Below, in pieces: positions 34,612 through 46,899 of a stretch of DNA of 64,000 nt (position 1 is its first letter; each line of letters opens with the position of its first letter). A model generated the notes under the pieces. It had not been told where the DNA came from. It searched no databases and saw nothing but the letters and a program-made list of their open reading frames with translations. Source of the stretch: Eledone cirrhosa. Taxonomy: Eukaryota. The stretch spans positions 161,634,001 through 161,698,000 of the forward strand of contig OZ024741.1 of the NCBI GenBank assembly GCA_964016885.1, given 5' to 3'. Position numbers and translations under genes: made by a program.

Positions 34612-37075
34612 GCATTGAATTAGCAGAGTTGTTACAGCATTGAATTAAATGCTTCAGTATTTGTTCCAGCTCTCTGTGTTGTGAGTTCAAATCCTGCCAA
34701 TGTTAGCTTTGACTTTCATCATTTTGGGGTCAAGCCTAAATTAGAAACCCTTATTACTATTATTTGTCTCGTTCTGTGCATTCTGAATTCAACTCCTGCC
34801 TCTTGTCTGAAATTGCAAATGGTAGATGGTATCAACAATGGAAATATTGTTTCCTTGGTCTGATCTTATGATCTGATCCTTTATCTCTCCCCTTTTGTAT
34901 GCAGTCCAAAACATATTTGTAAGAGATAAGTACTAACTAATCCCATCAACCACATACTCCCACTCCCCCACCACATTGGGAATTGTTTTCTTATACATAG
35001 TCAAAAAAATTATTACAATTACATTCTGAGATCAAATCCTGCCGAGGTTGACTTTGCCTTTCATCCTTACGGGGTCGATAAAATAAAGTACCAGTAATGC
35101 ACTGGGATAATTGCTGGCCTTGTGCCAAAAGTAGAAACAATTATTATTATTATCATCATCATCTGGGGTGGTGGATTGACAGTCATTAGAGTATCGAACA
35201 AATATTTAGCAGTATTTATTTTAGCTCTTTATTTCTGAATCCAAATCCTGCCCTGGTCAACTTTGCCTTTCATCCTTCCAAAATTGCTGGCCTTGTGCTA
35301 AAATTAGAAACCATTATTATTATCATCACTATCATCATTATTATTATTATTATAAGGCGGTAGATTGGCAGTATTGGTAGAGGGTCGGACGCCATGCTTT
35401 GACGCATGGAGTTACGGCCCTTGCCATTCTGAGTTCAAATCCCGCCGAGGTTAACTTTGCCTTTCATCCTTACGGGGGTCGATAAAATAAAGTACCAGTA
35501 ATGCACTAAGTAATAGCTGGCCTTGTGCCAATAGTAGAAACAATTATTATTATTATTATTATCATCATCAGTGTTGGGTTGACAGAATCATTAGAGCATT
35601 GGACAAAATGCTGGGGTCAACTTTCATTGTTCCAACTTTCCACTTCCCATAATTAACTGGCATTGTACCTAAATTAGAAACCATAACTTTTTTTTTTCCC
35701 CCACTCAGTATTTTATTATTGTTTTACTAGTATTGGATTGCTAGATATCAAGCTGTATCCTGGAGCCTTAGGAATATCTAGCACCTTTTTTTTAATGGTT
35801 CTCGATGTGCCAAGCAAACAAGTTTTTTGTAGAGTTAGGAAATTCACCTCAATATTCAACATCTTCAACCAACCATTCAAACTTCTAGTTATTGTCCCTA
35901 AGGCTCATATCACAATTGGGATAATAATTTTATGGCAATTTCTGATTTCAGGTCATGTTATTTTTTTCCTGTTTTCTTGCATTCTTTATGTATCATTCAG
36001 GTATGGAACAGGCAAACGACATCAATTTGCCAACACACTTTTTCCTCTTTATTGAGTATAACAATATCTGAACATAAATGTTCCATTTGACTATCTTTTT
36101 GAATGTCCATGTCCCATAGTACTTTTACATGGTTGTTTTCAAGGACACATCCTGGTTTATTGTCATACCACTTTTATTATTATTATTATTGTCATTAATT
36201 GGCAGTGAATTGGGAGAATCATTAGAGCATCCAATAAAATTCCCTCTGATATTATTTCTTGCTCTTTACATTCTGAGTTCAAATCTCGTTAAGGTCAACT
36301 TTGCCTTTCACTCTTCAAGTATTGGGGGTTAATTTAATCAACTTTCCCCTCACAAATTTCTGGCCTTGTGCCTAAATTAGAAACCATTATTGTCATCTTC
36401 ATCATCAATATTATTGTTGATGTTGTTATCATTGTTGTAATTATTTGTTTCACTTCAATTCATTACTTGCTGTGTGTCTTTAACAGGGATGTTAAACCTA
36501 GGGTATATAGATAGATCAAGGGTTAACTAGGGTATATAGATATATCAAGGGTTAACTAGGATATAGATAACTCAAAGGAACTTTTGACTAGAATGTCATA
36601 GATTAATTAGATGTGAACAGGAAGCAACAATTTCACATTGTACCACCGCCCTTTCCAACTCAGCCCTTTTGCCTCTAAAACAAGAAATAAAAAATCCACA
36701 AATAAAGATTATCAAACATTTGTTTGTGTACATCTTTAAATTAGTGTTGTAGGATAGATGGTCTATTGTTATTTGTTCTGGGTCTCTACTATCTGAGTTC
36801 AATTTTGCTTTTCATCCTCCTGGTGTTGATAAAATAAAGTACCAGTCAAGTACTGGAGTTGATTTAATTGACTGTACCCCCACCTCCATTGCTGGCCCCA
36901 AACCTAAATTAGAAATCATCATCATCATTACTATTTCACTACTTGTGGTATATAAGAGTATATGTAATAGATAGTGAAGTGGGAGAGTCATTGCTTCACT
37001 ATTTGTTCCAGCTCAATGTACTCTGAGTTCAAATTGACCCGAGGTCAACTTTGCCTTTCGGGGTATATAAAGTAC
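34612..37075 (+). repeat. Cluster of about eight co-oriented copies of the ~190-bp SINE, separated by (ATT)n/(ATC)n tails
   Basis: Recurrent TTCTGAGTTCAAAT...AACTTTGCCTTTCATCCTT...GGCCTTGTGCC.AAA.TAGAAAC. Confidence 0.8.
35356..35543 (+). mobile_element. Best-preserved copy of the ~190-bp tRNA-derived SINE
   Basis: A-box-like TGGCAGTATTGG, B-box GAGTTCAAATCCC, core CCTTTCATCCTT..GGGGTCGATAAAATAAAGTACC, (ATT)n tail; further copies at ~40160-40305 (+), ~41250-41400 (+) and 48688-48876 (-). Confidence 0.85.
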
Positions 37076-37269
37076 CGATTCTGTCTCTGAAAGAAATCTG
37101 CTGTGTTTTAACCAGGAGAAGAATGGAACACGCCACATTTCAATGCCCCTAGGACTCCAGCAGAAGTTACGGTCCCATGGCTGCAGTATGAAGATAGCTG
37201 GTTTGCTACTGCATCCTTATATTACATAAAGAATGGATCAGCATCCTACTATGTTGGACCTCCATTGGT

Positions 37270-37552
37270 TCCGAGTGTTTCAGTTGTTTGATCAGCAGAA
37301 CAACTTGTTTATGAAATTATCTTGGAACTGGCCAAGTATTCCATAAACACATGCACCATTAGTGTAGTTCTCAGGGTGATTCAGTGGGACAAGGCTGACC
37401 CTTTGAATTACAGGTACAATTTATTTTTGCCAGTTGAGTTGACTGGAGCAACATAGAATAAATACTCAAGGATAGAAATTACCACTGGGAATCAAACTTA
37501 TGATCTTACAATTGTGAACAGAATACCCTAACCACTAAGCCATGCATCTTCA
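37270..37552 (-). mobile_element. tRNA-derived CORE-type SINE, same family as 8810-9092
   Basis: Colinear similarity (GTAGTTCTCAGGG.GATTCAGTG, GAATTACAGGTACAA). Confidence 0.7.
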
Positions 37553-37828
37553 CTTGCATCCACTACTACCTTAGTTAACAATGTTAAAAGCTGTCTTACA
37601 CATTCTATCTTTTCTATCCCTTTATCTTAGCCATTTTGTTTCCATATTTTTAATGAAAGATACTGCCTTTCATGTTCAAATCATTTTGAAAATAATCATG
37701 GATTTGAAGGCATTTGGTAATATAATTAACTTTCCCATTTTTAATCTGTTTGGAACATAACAGAGATTCTTACATAAAATTATGATGGAAGCTTTTTAGA
37801 TAAATATAAACACTTTAAAAACAGTAAG

Positions 37829-37870
37829 GTCTGATGACCCTGTAATAAACAGGCGAAACTCCAGAGTAAC
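37829..37870 (+). ncRNA. Hammerhead core with 5'-truncated stem I
   Basis: gt CTGATGA c-CCTG-taataaa-CAGG-c GAAA CTC-ca-GAG TA ac; followed by an ~18-bp inverted repeat and (TA)n. Confidence 0.7.
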
Positions 37871-37976
37871 AAAACTCACTTTTTAATATAAATGAATATA
37901 TGTATATTGGGTCGTCAAGTATGACATTTGTAGAAAAAAACAAATTTCTACTTGACGACCCAATATATTTCCCATT

Positions 37977-38019
<43 letters not shown>

Positions 38020-38751
38020 AGCCGCTACATTGCCGTTGGGGTTGTAAATCTTGAGATAAAGAGGAGAGTGAGTACAAAGGAAGAAAGAAGCAAGAAAAAC
38101 AAGGAACCAGAAATTGTTACCTTGGTAATTATTTATCCCAAATGTACTATCTATTTTCAAGGGATCCATTGGGAAGATCAGAATACTGGAGAGGCCTTTT
38201 TTTAGGCTTCCATAAATATTACCATGGTAATATAATAGTTTCTTGTTTTCTTCTTCTTCCCTTTTCACTCCCTCTCACCTCTCTTTTTCCTCATCCGATT
38301 TTGTTACCTCAATATTTACAACCCCTTTTGCATTGTCGTGGCTTCCAAAACATAACCACTTTTCATATTCCACAATACTTCAAGCAAACTACAAAAGTTG
38401 CTGCATGGCTGAGTGGTTAATAATCAATGTTTTTACATAAATTTCAATGAAAAGTTTTTAGAGATAAATATGAACACTTTAAAATAAACAGTTTAGTATT
38501 ATAGAACTAGGGTTTATTTCAGGCAAGTTTGGTATCAAAAGAGTTAAACAAACTTACAATTTCCTTAGTTACTCAAATACTCTTATATTACAATTGTTAC
38601 ACTTATGGGAGGCGTCTTGCTGATGAGAGGAATCATCATTTTACCGAAGACTCATTGTCAAAAAATAGATTCATAATTATTTGGGAGCGAATATACACTT
38701 ACCAAATATTCTCGGGAGAGTATGCTATTGTTTTCTTGTTTTGTCTTTGAT

Positions 38752-39013
38752 TTAACCCTTTTGTTAACCATATCTCTTATGAAATACACAGCTGTGTTTT
38801 AGTTAATTTTGAAAATAATGGAGTTTTTGGAGGGATTTAGTAATATAACTAAAACTTTTTTATTAGTAAAAGGATTTTTGTAACATAACTTAACAAAAGG
38901 GCCTTACATAAAGTTTATCAGAATGTTTTAAGTATAAATACTTTAAAATACAGGCAGTTTTGTATCATAGAACCAAGGGTGGGTTTAACTGGGTTGTTAT
39001 CAAAAGGGTTTAA
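38752..39013. mobile_element. TTAA-flanked MITE (piggyBac-like ends), ~260 bp
   Basis: TTAACCCTTTTG.TAAC ... GTTATCAAAAGGGTTTAA; partial copies at ~37620-37825, ~38430-38547 and ~41065-41205. Confidence 0.7.
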
Positions 39014-42000
39014 AAAAATAATTTTGTTGATCTTTGTTTCAGTCATTTTTTTAAATTATTATTTTTTATATTTTTAAATTAAATATGTTTTTATTTATTT
39101 TATTTTTTAGTTTCCTTGAATTTTTATTTTATTCTACTTTTTTTTTCCTTGTGAAAATGTTTTGAGCATTGCTTTATAATTGCTGTGAAATAATTTTGTT
39201 GATATTTAAATTAAAAAAAAAATGTTAAAAACATAAACCCCATTTTAGATAGAGTTCATCGCTGTAAGCAGCGGGAGCACTAATAGTTAACAGGTGTTTT
39301 TCATTAGATTGCAGTGGTGCATTTACAAGTTCAAATACTCTCCCATCAGCCTGGAGAAAGCAACAGGGGAAACAATTTTGTGCATTCTTCCTTGTGTATT
39401 CCCTCTATGTGGTGACTGAATGGGTTATGGAAGACTTAAATATCAACATATAGCCCCACCCCCTGCACATTTGTTGCTGGTTGCTAAGAAGGAGGGGGAA
39501 TAGGAGAAGATTGTTTCAATTTTATCCAATGAATGCTTTGCTTTATTTTTTCTATTTCCCATTTCTTTTTTAAAAATCTTTTTTAATACTTGTTTTTAAT
39601 ATTTATTTTATATTTTGTTTAAATATATTCCTCCCCCATTCCCCGCATCTGAAATAGTATTTTCAATGTAAAAAATAGGAAAAAAAATAAACACAAAAAA
39701 AAAAAATCAAGGTAAGGAAAATTCTACGACATACAATTATATTTTTAATCTAAAACAAAAAAAACAAACAAATATAAATAAATTTCTAAAAAGGTGTCAT
39801 GATAGTTTTTTTAATTTTATTTCTTTCATACTTTCTCTCACTTCCATAATTGCAAAATAATAATAATAATAATAATAAAGAAACCTTCAATTGTTTGGCC
39901 CTGCTCATGACAGCCACAACTTTTACCCTTCTGTATAGAGAGAGACTATCATTTAGTACACAATTTTACAATGTACATAGTAAAATATATGGAGTTTTTG
40001 TTTGTTGTTTTTCCTCCCTTGTAAAATGAGTCATTTGCTTGAGAAACACTCAGTAATATTTTTCGTCCTTTAAAGACTACCCATTGTTTGAATTACATTA
40101 AAACTATATATAAACATTGAGCTTGGTGTTTTGTTATTTATTGTAATGTATATCAGTTGAGCAGCAGAGAGTTATGGCTCTTTACATTCTGAGTTCAGAT
40201 CCTGCCAAGGTTAACTTTGTCTTTCATCCTTATGGGGTTGATTAAATAAAGCACCAGTAATGCACTGGGGTAATTGCTGACCTTGTGCCAAAAGTAGAAA
40301 CAGTTATTGTAATGTGTGTAATCATTAAAAAGTAGTGTGTTAGGTTACATCAATATGAACAGGCAAGAACAAAGATATTGTATTGCTTCTTTAAACATAT
40401 TTAATTTTCCTGACAATTTGGGTAAAATACCTTTTGATTTTAAGAAAATAAGAGAAAGTGAGAAAATAAATGTCTGTTTATGTTTGACATTTATTTTCTA
40501 TCTTTTAAAATCTCTTAGGGATATTTTACAAAAAATATCATGACCATTAAATTTGTTATTTTTAGGCCCCTTTGATCATGTGTTTGCACTTAGAAAGTTT
40601 CTCTCCAAGGCACAGTTCTGGGTAAGATCAGTATGTCTTGCCTCTCCACATCACTAATGTTATCCAAGGGAAAGGCAAAGGCCACTGCAACTTGGCACAA
40701 GGGATGTTGCAGGCAAACTCAGCTGGCTGAGGGCTAAAAGAGATCATGATAGACACTTTTACAATTCCACCAAACCATTGACCTAAACTGGTACTTTTTT
40801 TACTGACCCTTAAATGGATGAATGATAAAGTTGACCTCAGTGCAATTTGAACCCAAAACACAGAACTGGAATAAATACTCTGAAAAATTTTAACTCAATG
40901 CTCTAATGACTCAACATATTTTCTGCCTCATTAAGTATTATTAAGGTACTAATTCAATATATTTATTCTTGTTCTGATTGATGTTTCATCTTCCAAATGC
41001 ATTGCTCTAGCCACTCTCTAACATACTGAAACTAACCTGAGTGCTATGATACAAAGCTGTTGTAAAATCTATATATTTATCTAAAAAACCTTCCATCATA
41101 ATTTTAAATAAGAGCCTTTAAGTTATGTTCCAAACACCAGCTTAATGAGAGAGTTTTTGATTATTTTCAAAATGTATTTCATTAAAAATATGGTAACAAA
41201 ATGGTTAGATGCACAAGAATAAAACATTTTTTTTCTTATCAAACAAGTTAAGGGTGGTGGATTGGGCAGTTTTATTAGTGTTTTACATTCTGAGTTCAAA
41301 TCCTGCCAAAGTTAATTTTGTTTTTCATCTTCCTGAGGTCAATATAATCGACTTTCTCCTAGTAAATTGCTGGCCTTGTGCCCAAATTAGAAATCATTAA
41401 GAAAGTTATTTACCGGCAGTGTCCTTGACTCTTGCAGGTCCTCCCAGAAAGATGAGTTGGGTATGACTGAATATCTAGATTAGTTTCTACTGGATAAATA
41501 TGAGAAAGGTGTCTGATCTAAATGCTTACACTAAAAACCACCCATGAATGGTCTGTTAGGTTGACCAAACTAAAATGAAGTCCATGAATATCTCAGATGA
41601 CTCATTGGATACATGATGGAGTTTAACTGGAGATGAGGTTTTTCACAGGCAGTCTCCAATTGCAAGCTGGCACAATTAGGAAGAGTGTGATCCTTGGCAG
41701 CACTCCTTGCCATTGAATGTCAATATTTTCAGAGTGAGTACTGACCAAAGACACTACCAAATAGCGGGACAGTTGTGTCATGTATATCATAGAAAATGGA
41801 CATACTGCAAGCTGCTTGCAGATGTAAAGGTCAGTACCACCGGTAGCTGTTAGATTTCTGGGCAGATTCATATTGGAATTTTTAGGAGACCGTTTTAGAC
41901 AGTTATAGCACTGTAGTCTTGCTTTCACACCTGATCTTATTTAATGGTGCCAATAACCTTGGTGAGGACACACGGGAGGAATTTTCACTTATGTCAAAGA

Positions 42001-42784
42001 TATGGCGACCTCCATAGTGCTGATGTCAATAAAATGCACAGTGCATTCTGTTGAGTGTTGGATCATGTAAGCAAGATGTTCAGTGGTTCTGATTAAGTAC
42101 TGACTTGGTCTGTGACAACCCATCCAATCCTATGAGCAGGGAAAACAGACATTAAATGATGATGATGTGTGTGAGTTGTATATATTTTTTATTGCTTAAA
42201 CTATTTCTCAAGCTTTGTTTTTGAAATATTGTGGTTTACAAAAATGAAAAATAACTTATTTTATAAATTAAAAAATGACCTTATCTGACAATTTAAAAAA
42301 ATATATTAAAAAAAAAATAGAATTTGTCTTGAGGGAGTTACAATTCATGAAAAGATTTATAAGCAGTCTTATTTTTTCTCTCATTAGAATCTCCCACTTC
42401 CCACTTAGTTTAATTTGTGGAATAATTCAACTCTGCATCTTCGGCAAGTAAAGAAGTGTATCTTTCATGACTGTGTTTTCTTTGCATGTGAAACCAGAAG
42501 AGAGTGACCAGCACAAGGCAAAGCAAACAGAAAGAAATAATCATTATCCAAAACCCTGAAAATGTGAAAATAGAAAAAAAAATTTTAATATTTAGAAAAA
42601 AATGTTCAAAAGAATATTTAAAAAAATAAAAACATGAAAAAAAAAAATTGTTTTCCTTCCAATTTTCCATACTGGTATGGGTTGGTTTGAGATAATGTGC
42701 CCTTTTTATCGCCTCTTATGAAACACAGGGCATAATGTGGTAAAGAATAGCAAGGCTCACGGCCTTTTTCAGGGTTTTCAAATT

Positions 42785-43281
42785 TAGTGGGAGAGAAAAT
42801 CAGAAGGGAGGTAGGTGTAAAAGTCAAACTCGCTATCTTCAATTCGGTATTTGTGCCAACCCTTACCTATGGTCATGAATCTTGGGTAATGACTGAAAGA
42901 TTATGATCGTGAATACAAGTGGCCGAAAAAGGGACCCTGGAATAACGTTACTCAATAGAGTGCATAGCTCAGAGATCGCTCCAGGTAGAGCCGCTACTTC
43001 TCCGAATTGAGAAATCACAGCTCCAATACTATGAGCATGTGGTTAGAATGTCTCAAGAAAGAATTGCTGGACAGATTTCATGGGCAAATCCAACTGGCAG
43101 GAGACTCAGAGGTAGACTCCGACCAAGATGGTTGGATAACATCCATGAGCTCGGCTGGTCTGACTTGGGGATTCAACGGGATCAATTGGAGATCGTTGTT
43201 TCTCACAGGCCTTGCTGGAAGGAGTGTTTGAGGACTCTGTCTCCATGACCCTCTCAAGAATAAGTGGGCAAAGAAGAAGAA
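42785..43281 (+). mobile_element. RTE-clade LINE 3' fragment with (GAA)n tail
   Basis: KLAIFNSVFVPTLTYGHESWVM, HVVRMSQER, GRRLRGRLRPRWLD. Confidence 0.85.
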
Positions 43282-44149
43282 CTTAACTTTAAATGTTGTG
43301 TATCACATGAAACTGCATAAACGAAATATTCTTACAAAGTACAAAATAGCATTGTAATTGCATCACATTAAAAATTAGTCTTTACTGCTAATTTTCACTG
43401 ATCTGTCCACCAGTAAAGACAATATAAACAGTTGAATTAACAGACCCCATTTTAAAAAGACATTTTCTGTTAAATCATGACAGGATGTTGAGAGTTAAAT
43501 ATAAAATTTCAGAGTGATCAAAGTCAGAGGAGCTTATGGAAGGGGAACACCCAGGAAAACATGGATGTGGTGAAAGCCAAACTTGTGCAGCTAAAACTCA
43601 CAAAGGAGATTACCCATAATCTAGATATCTGGCAACATGCTGTACTGCAAGGGATTCACCTTCCCACATAAATGGGATGAAATGAGCATAAGGAGGATGG
43701 CTCTCACATGCTTGTATACTCTCCAATCACCCCACCCACCTTCCTCCACCTTAAACCTGAAGAAGCAGAGAAGTATTACAATACTCAGGTTCTCCACTCC
43801 ACCCCACCTGCCAGTATTTTTCCTAATTTCCCTGCCAATATGCTACTGATTCTCTCCCTTTACCACCTTCTCAACCCAGGACAGCGAGGAAAGCCAGGCA
43901 CACCCCACAATGTTAGACATCACCCTCTTGGTTCAAAGCTACCCTCATGACTCAGCACTTCCTTCGTATTCTGTGATGATAACGATGGAAGGCAAACTGG
44001 TCGAGCATTCAGAGAGTTAGATAAAATTTGTTGTAATATCTCTTCTGGCTCCTTGCATTTTGAGTTCAAATATTCACCTCTTGCTGAATTGAATATTGCC
44101 TTTCATCTTTTTGGAAGGTAGAACTTGGGTAGTTTCAGGTTGTTTGATA

Positions 44150-44552
44150 TGCGATGGCTGGAGAGAAATGAAGCAAGCATGCTCCATTGGATGTGCAATA
44201 TCAATGTGCGAGAACAACCAAACAGACGAGTTGAGAGAGAAACTGTGTATAAGAGGGATAAGCTGTAGTGTGTGGGGGAGAAGACTGCGATGGTATGGAC
44301 ATGTGATGCGCATGGAGGATGAATGCTGGGTAAAGAAGTGCAAAGAAATCCCAGTAGAAGGAAGATGCAGCAGAGGAAGACCACGAAAATCATCAGCAGA
44401 GGTGGTGAGAGCTGACTTCAGATCGCTGAAGCTCACGGAGATGACGAAGGACCGTGATGAATGGAGAGATGCTGTACTGTATAGGACTCATCCCACCCTT
44501 GCAAGCAGGGAAAAGTGGACGTAAAATGATAATGATAATGATGATGATGATG
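44150..44552 (+). mobile_element. RTE-clade LINE 3' fragment, (GAT)n tail
   Basis: RRLRWYGHVMRMEDECWVKKC..GRCSRGRPRK; an older fragment lies at ~43470-43680. Confidence 0.88.
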
Positions 44553-44931
44553 AAACTGAAAAGATGAAATAGGCATTAAGATGTCTTACATGTTTCAAAA
44601 AACGCAGCTATTTGACATTCTTTATCCCAATTTGTTGGTATAGAATCTTTTGTAAATTTATAAAACATCTCAAATGGACAGTCTGATGAACAATCTAAAA
44701 GTAAAAAGAATTTTATTGATAGACACAAAAACAACTTTTATGTAATATACTTAAATATCTTAAATACTGTGCACTGATGTTGAAAATGAAAAAAAACAGA
44801 GAAAAATGTTTTTGACTCGAAGGTGATCAAGAGGGCCAGTTGTCATCTCCTCTCTGAGATTCCAGGTTTTCTTTAGCCTTACTCTACTACAGCTTCCTTC
44901 ACTGGGAGTTCCTGGCACTTCATATATATAT

Positions 44932-45148
44932 ATATCACAGAAAAAAGAGAATCAGTGTTGCGACGAAAGGAATTTATTGGACATATTATAATTGTTTCTC
45001 AGGCAACCAGCTCGAGGCACGTTCGATGTGGTGATCAAACCTGACTCTGAAATCGCGTGGTCCTCGGATACGTCTCGATTCTACGAAGCAGATTTTCCTA
45101 TTGGAAATTCCTTTCTTCACAACACTGATTCTCTTTTTTCTGTGATAT
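44932..45148. repeat. Fold-back element with 44-bp terminal inverted repeats next to (TA)n
   Basis: Arms 44932-44975 / 45105-45148. Confidence 0.7.
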
Positions 45149-45221
45149 CATACTCTGCTCTACGCGGGCATCGAGTGTTCATACGGCCTACCGCATACGG
45201 ACGCTTTAAGCATCCAACACC

Positions 45222-45252
<31 letters not shown>

Positions 45253-45619
45253 CGAGAGTAATCCCAAAAGTAAGGTCTCCAAAGCGATGGGGACGCAGAG
45301 AAACTGTTCGTACGGCTGTTGGCAACACTGTTGTGATTGGTGCTTCCTTCACTCCCAAACAAGCATGTGCACGCTTCGCTGGGATGCTCAATTTTGGCTT
45401 AGCAGCCGTTGAGAATGCAGCTTCCGTTGTACGCTATCGCCAAGTGCGAATTTCCCAAAAGTAAGGTGTCCTTCCGAGGAAAACATGCGTAAAGATCGGC
45501 GGATCACTCTGGATGCTCTCTGCATTTTGGTTCCTGAGGTTTCCCGAAGCACCATCCACAGGATTTTAACGGAAAAGTTGCAATATCGGAAGGAGACCTT
45601 ACTTTTGGGATTGCCCTCG
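45253..45619 (+). mobile_element. Internally deleted mariner element, TA TSD, inside (TA)n
   Basis: 28-bp TIRs CGAG.G.AATCCCAAAAGTAAGGTCTCC; transposase remnant DRRITLDAL...SRSTIHRILTEKLQYRK. Confidence 0.88.
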
Positions 45620-45776
45620 TATATATATATATATATATATATATAAGCAAAGAGATATTTAATTTGTTGGTTATTCAACAAATTTATTTATAACAGATTC
45701 GAAGCACTCTACAGATTTTCTGGAGTATAATATCAATGATATTAATAAATGGAAACTATATTTATAAAACCATATT

Positions 45777-45837
45777 TATTTTATTATATATATTTCAAGG
45801 GTACCAAAATTTTGGTACGCTCTCATCAGATAAAATA
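45777..45837 (-). ncRNA. Type-I hammerhead, left arm of a 207-bp fold-back pair
   Basis: TATTTTAT CTGATGA gagcgtaccaaaattttggtaccctt GAAA tatata TA ATAAAATA: 8-bp stem I, long stem II, palindromic stem III. Confidence 0.8.
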
Positions 45838-46086
45838 CAAAATTTGTTTTATAAATGGTGACATACTCAAGAAACCAGACCTTATCGGTTCAGGTTCAGT
45901 TTAGATAGTGAAAGAAAAATTTCAAATCTTTAGGATAAATATAACGATCTTTTTTCAGCCTTACGTTTCAACCTCATTTACATATTCATCCTAAAGATTT
46001 GAAATTTTTCTTTCACTATCCAAACTGAACCTGAACCGATAAGGTCTGGTTTCTTGGGTATGTCACCATTTATAAAACAAATTTTA

Positions 46087-46147
46087 TATTTTATCTGATG
46101 AGAGCGTACCAAAATTTTGGTAACCTTGAAATATATATAATAAAATA
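46087..46147 (+). ncRNA. Type-I hammerhead, right arm of the 207-bp fold-back pair
   Basis: Same motif as 45777-45837 with one stem II change. Confidence 0.78.
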
Positions 46148-46276
46148 AATATGGTTTTATAAATATAGTTTCCATTTATTAATATCATATATATATATAT
46201 ATATATATATATAGTTGTAGAACACTGGAAGGTAATATCCGTAGTGGTAGAGCACTCAGTCTAACCATGTCCATTA

Positions 46277-46315
46277 CAAGCTGAGGATCCGCTAAGGTGA
46301 AACTATTGTTCTCAG
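46277..46315 (+). ncRNA. Hammerhead motif, same family as 15022-15062
   Basis: caag CTGAGGA tccgctaaggt GAAA ctattg TT ctcag; flanks match 14882-14927 and 15063-15093; stem I weakened. Confidence 0.6.
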
Positions 46316-46341
46316 TATGGTGAACTAACTGTTGTGTAACC

Positions 46342-46343
<2 letters not shown>

Positions 46344-46427
<84 letters not shown>
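46344..46427. repeat. (CT)n microsatellite
   Basis: Direct inspection. Confidence 0.95.
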
Positions 46428-46436
<9 letters not shown>

Positions 46437-46543
46437 GTAATAATAAATTTGAAGACTAAAATCCAAAGAGGGCTCGATAAGGATAAATATATATCAAATA
46501 TATAAGAACTGTAGAGCAAATATTTATTAAAATAACAGATTAA

Positions 46544-46594
46544 AGTTTAAGCAAAGAATCCCTGCTTTCACCCTTAACGGGATCTTCTGAAACT
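46544..46594 (-). ncRNA. Hammerhead with U4-to-A core change, part of a spacer-less palindrome (46569-46642)
   Basis: AGTTT CAGAAGA t-CCC-gttaa-GGG-t GAAA gcagggattctttgc TT AAACT. Confidence 0.65.
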
Positions 46595-46899
46595 AACAAA
46601 GTCAATTGACTTTGTTAGTTTCAGAAGATCTCGTTAAGGGTGTTTCCTTGAGCAAGACACTTTATTTCACATTGCTCCAGTTTATTCAGCTGTAGAAATG
46701 AGATGATAGGACTGGGGTCCCTATCATTCCACTGCAAAGTGGTCATGGAGGTGCCACGGCAAAAAGACACCCAGCACTCACTGTAAATGAGGTTGGTGTT
46801 AGGAAGGGCATCCAGCTGTAGAAATCAAGCCAGAATCAGTTCCCGTCCCACCCTTGCAAGCAGGGAAAAGCGGATGTAAAATGATGATGATGATGATGA

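Noticed and set aside
35356-35450. tRNA gene
   Set aside because: The A and B boxes belong to a multi-copy SINE head; no cloverleaf forms.
36497-36570. 29-bp tandem (CTAGGGTATATAGATAGATCAAGGGTTAA) about 2.5 times, and a ~117-bp duplication at 33005-33190
   Set aside because: Ordinary local slippage duplications.
38610-38670. CTGATGA...CGAAGAC...GTC
   Set aside because: GAAG rather than GAAA, and no stem I.
41430-41930. Possible decayed LINE endonuclease on the minus strand
   Set aside because: Only faint motif resemblance; the clade cannot be supported by eye.
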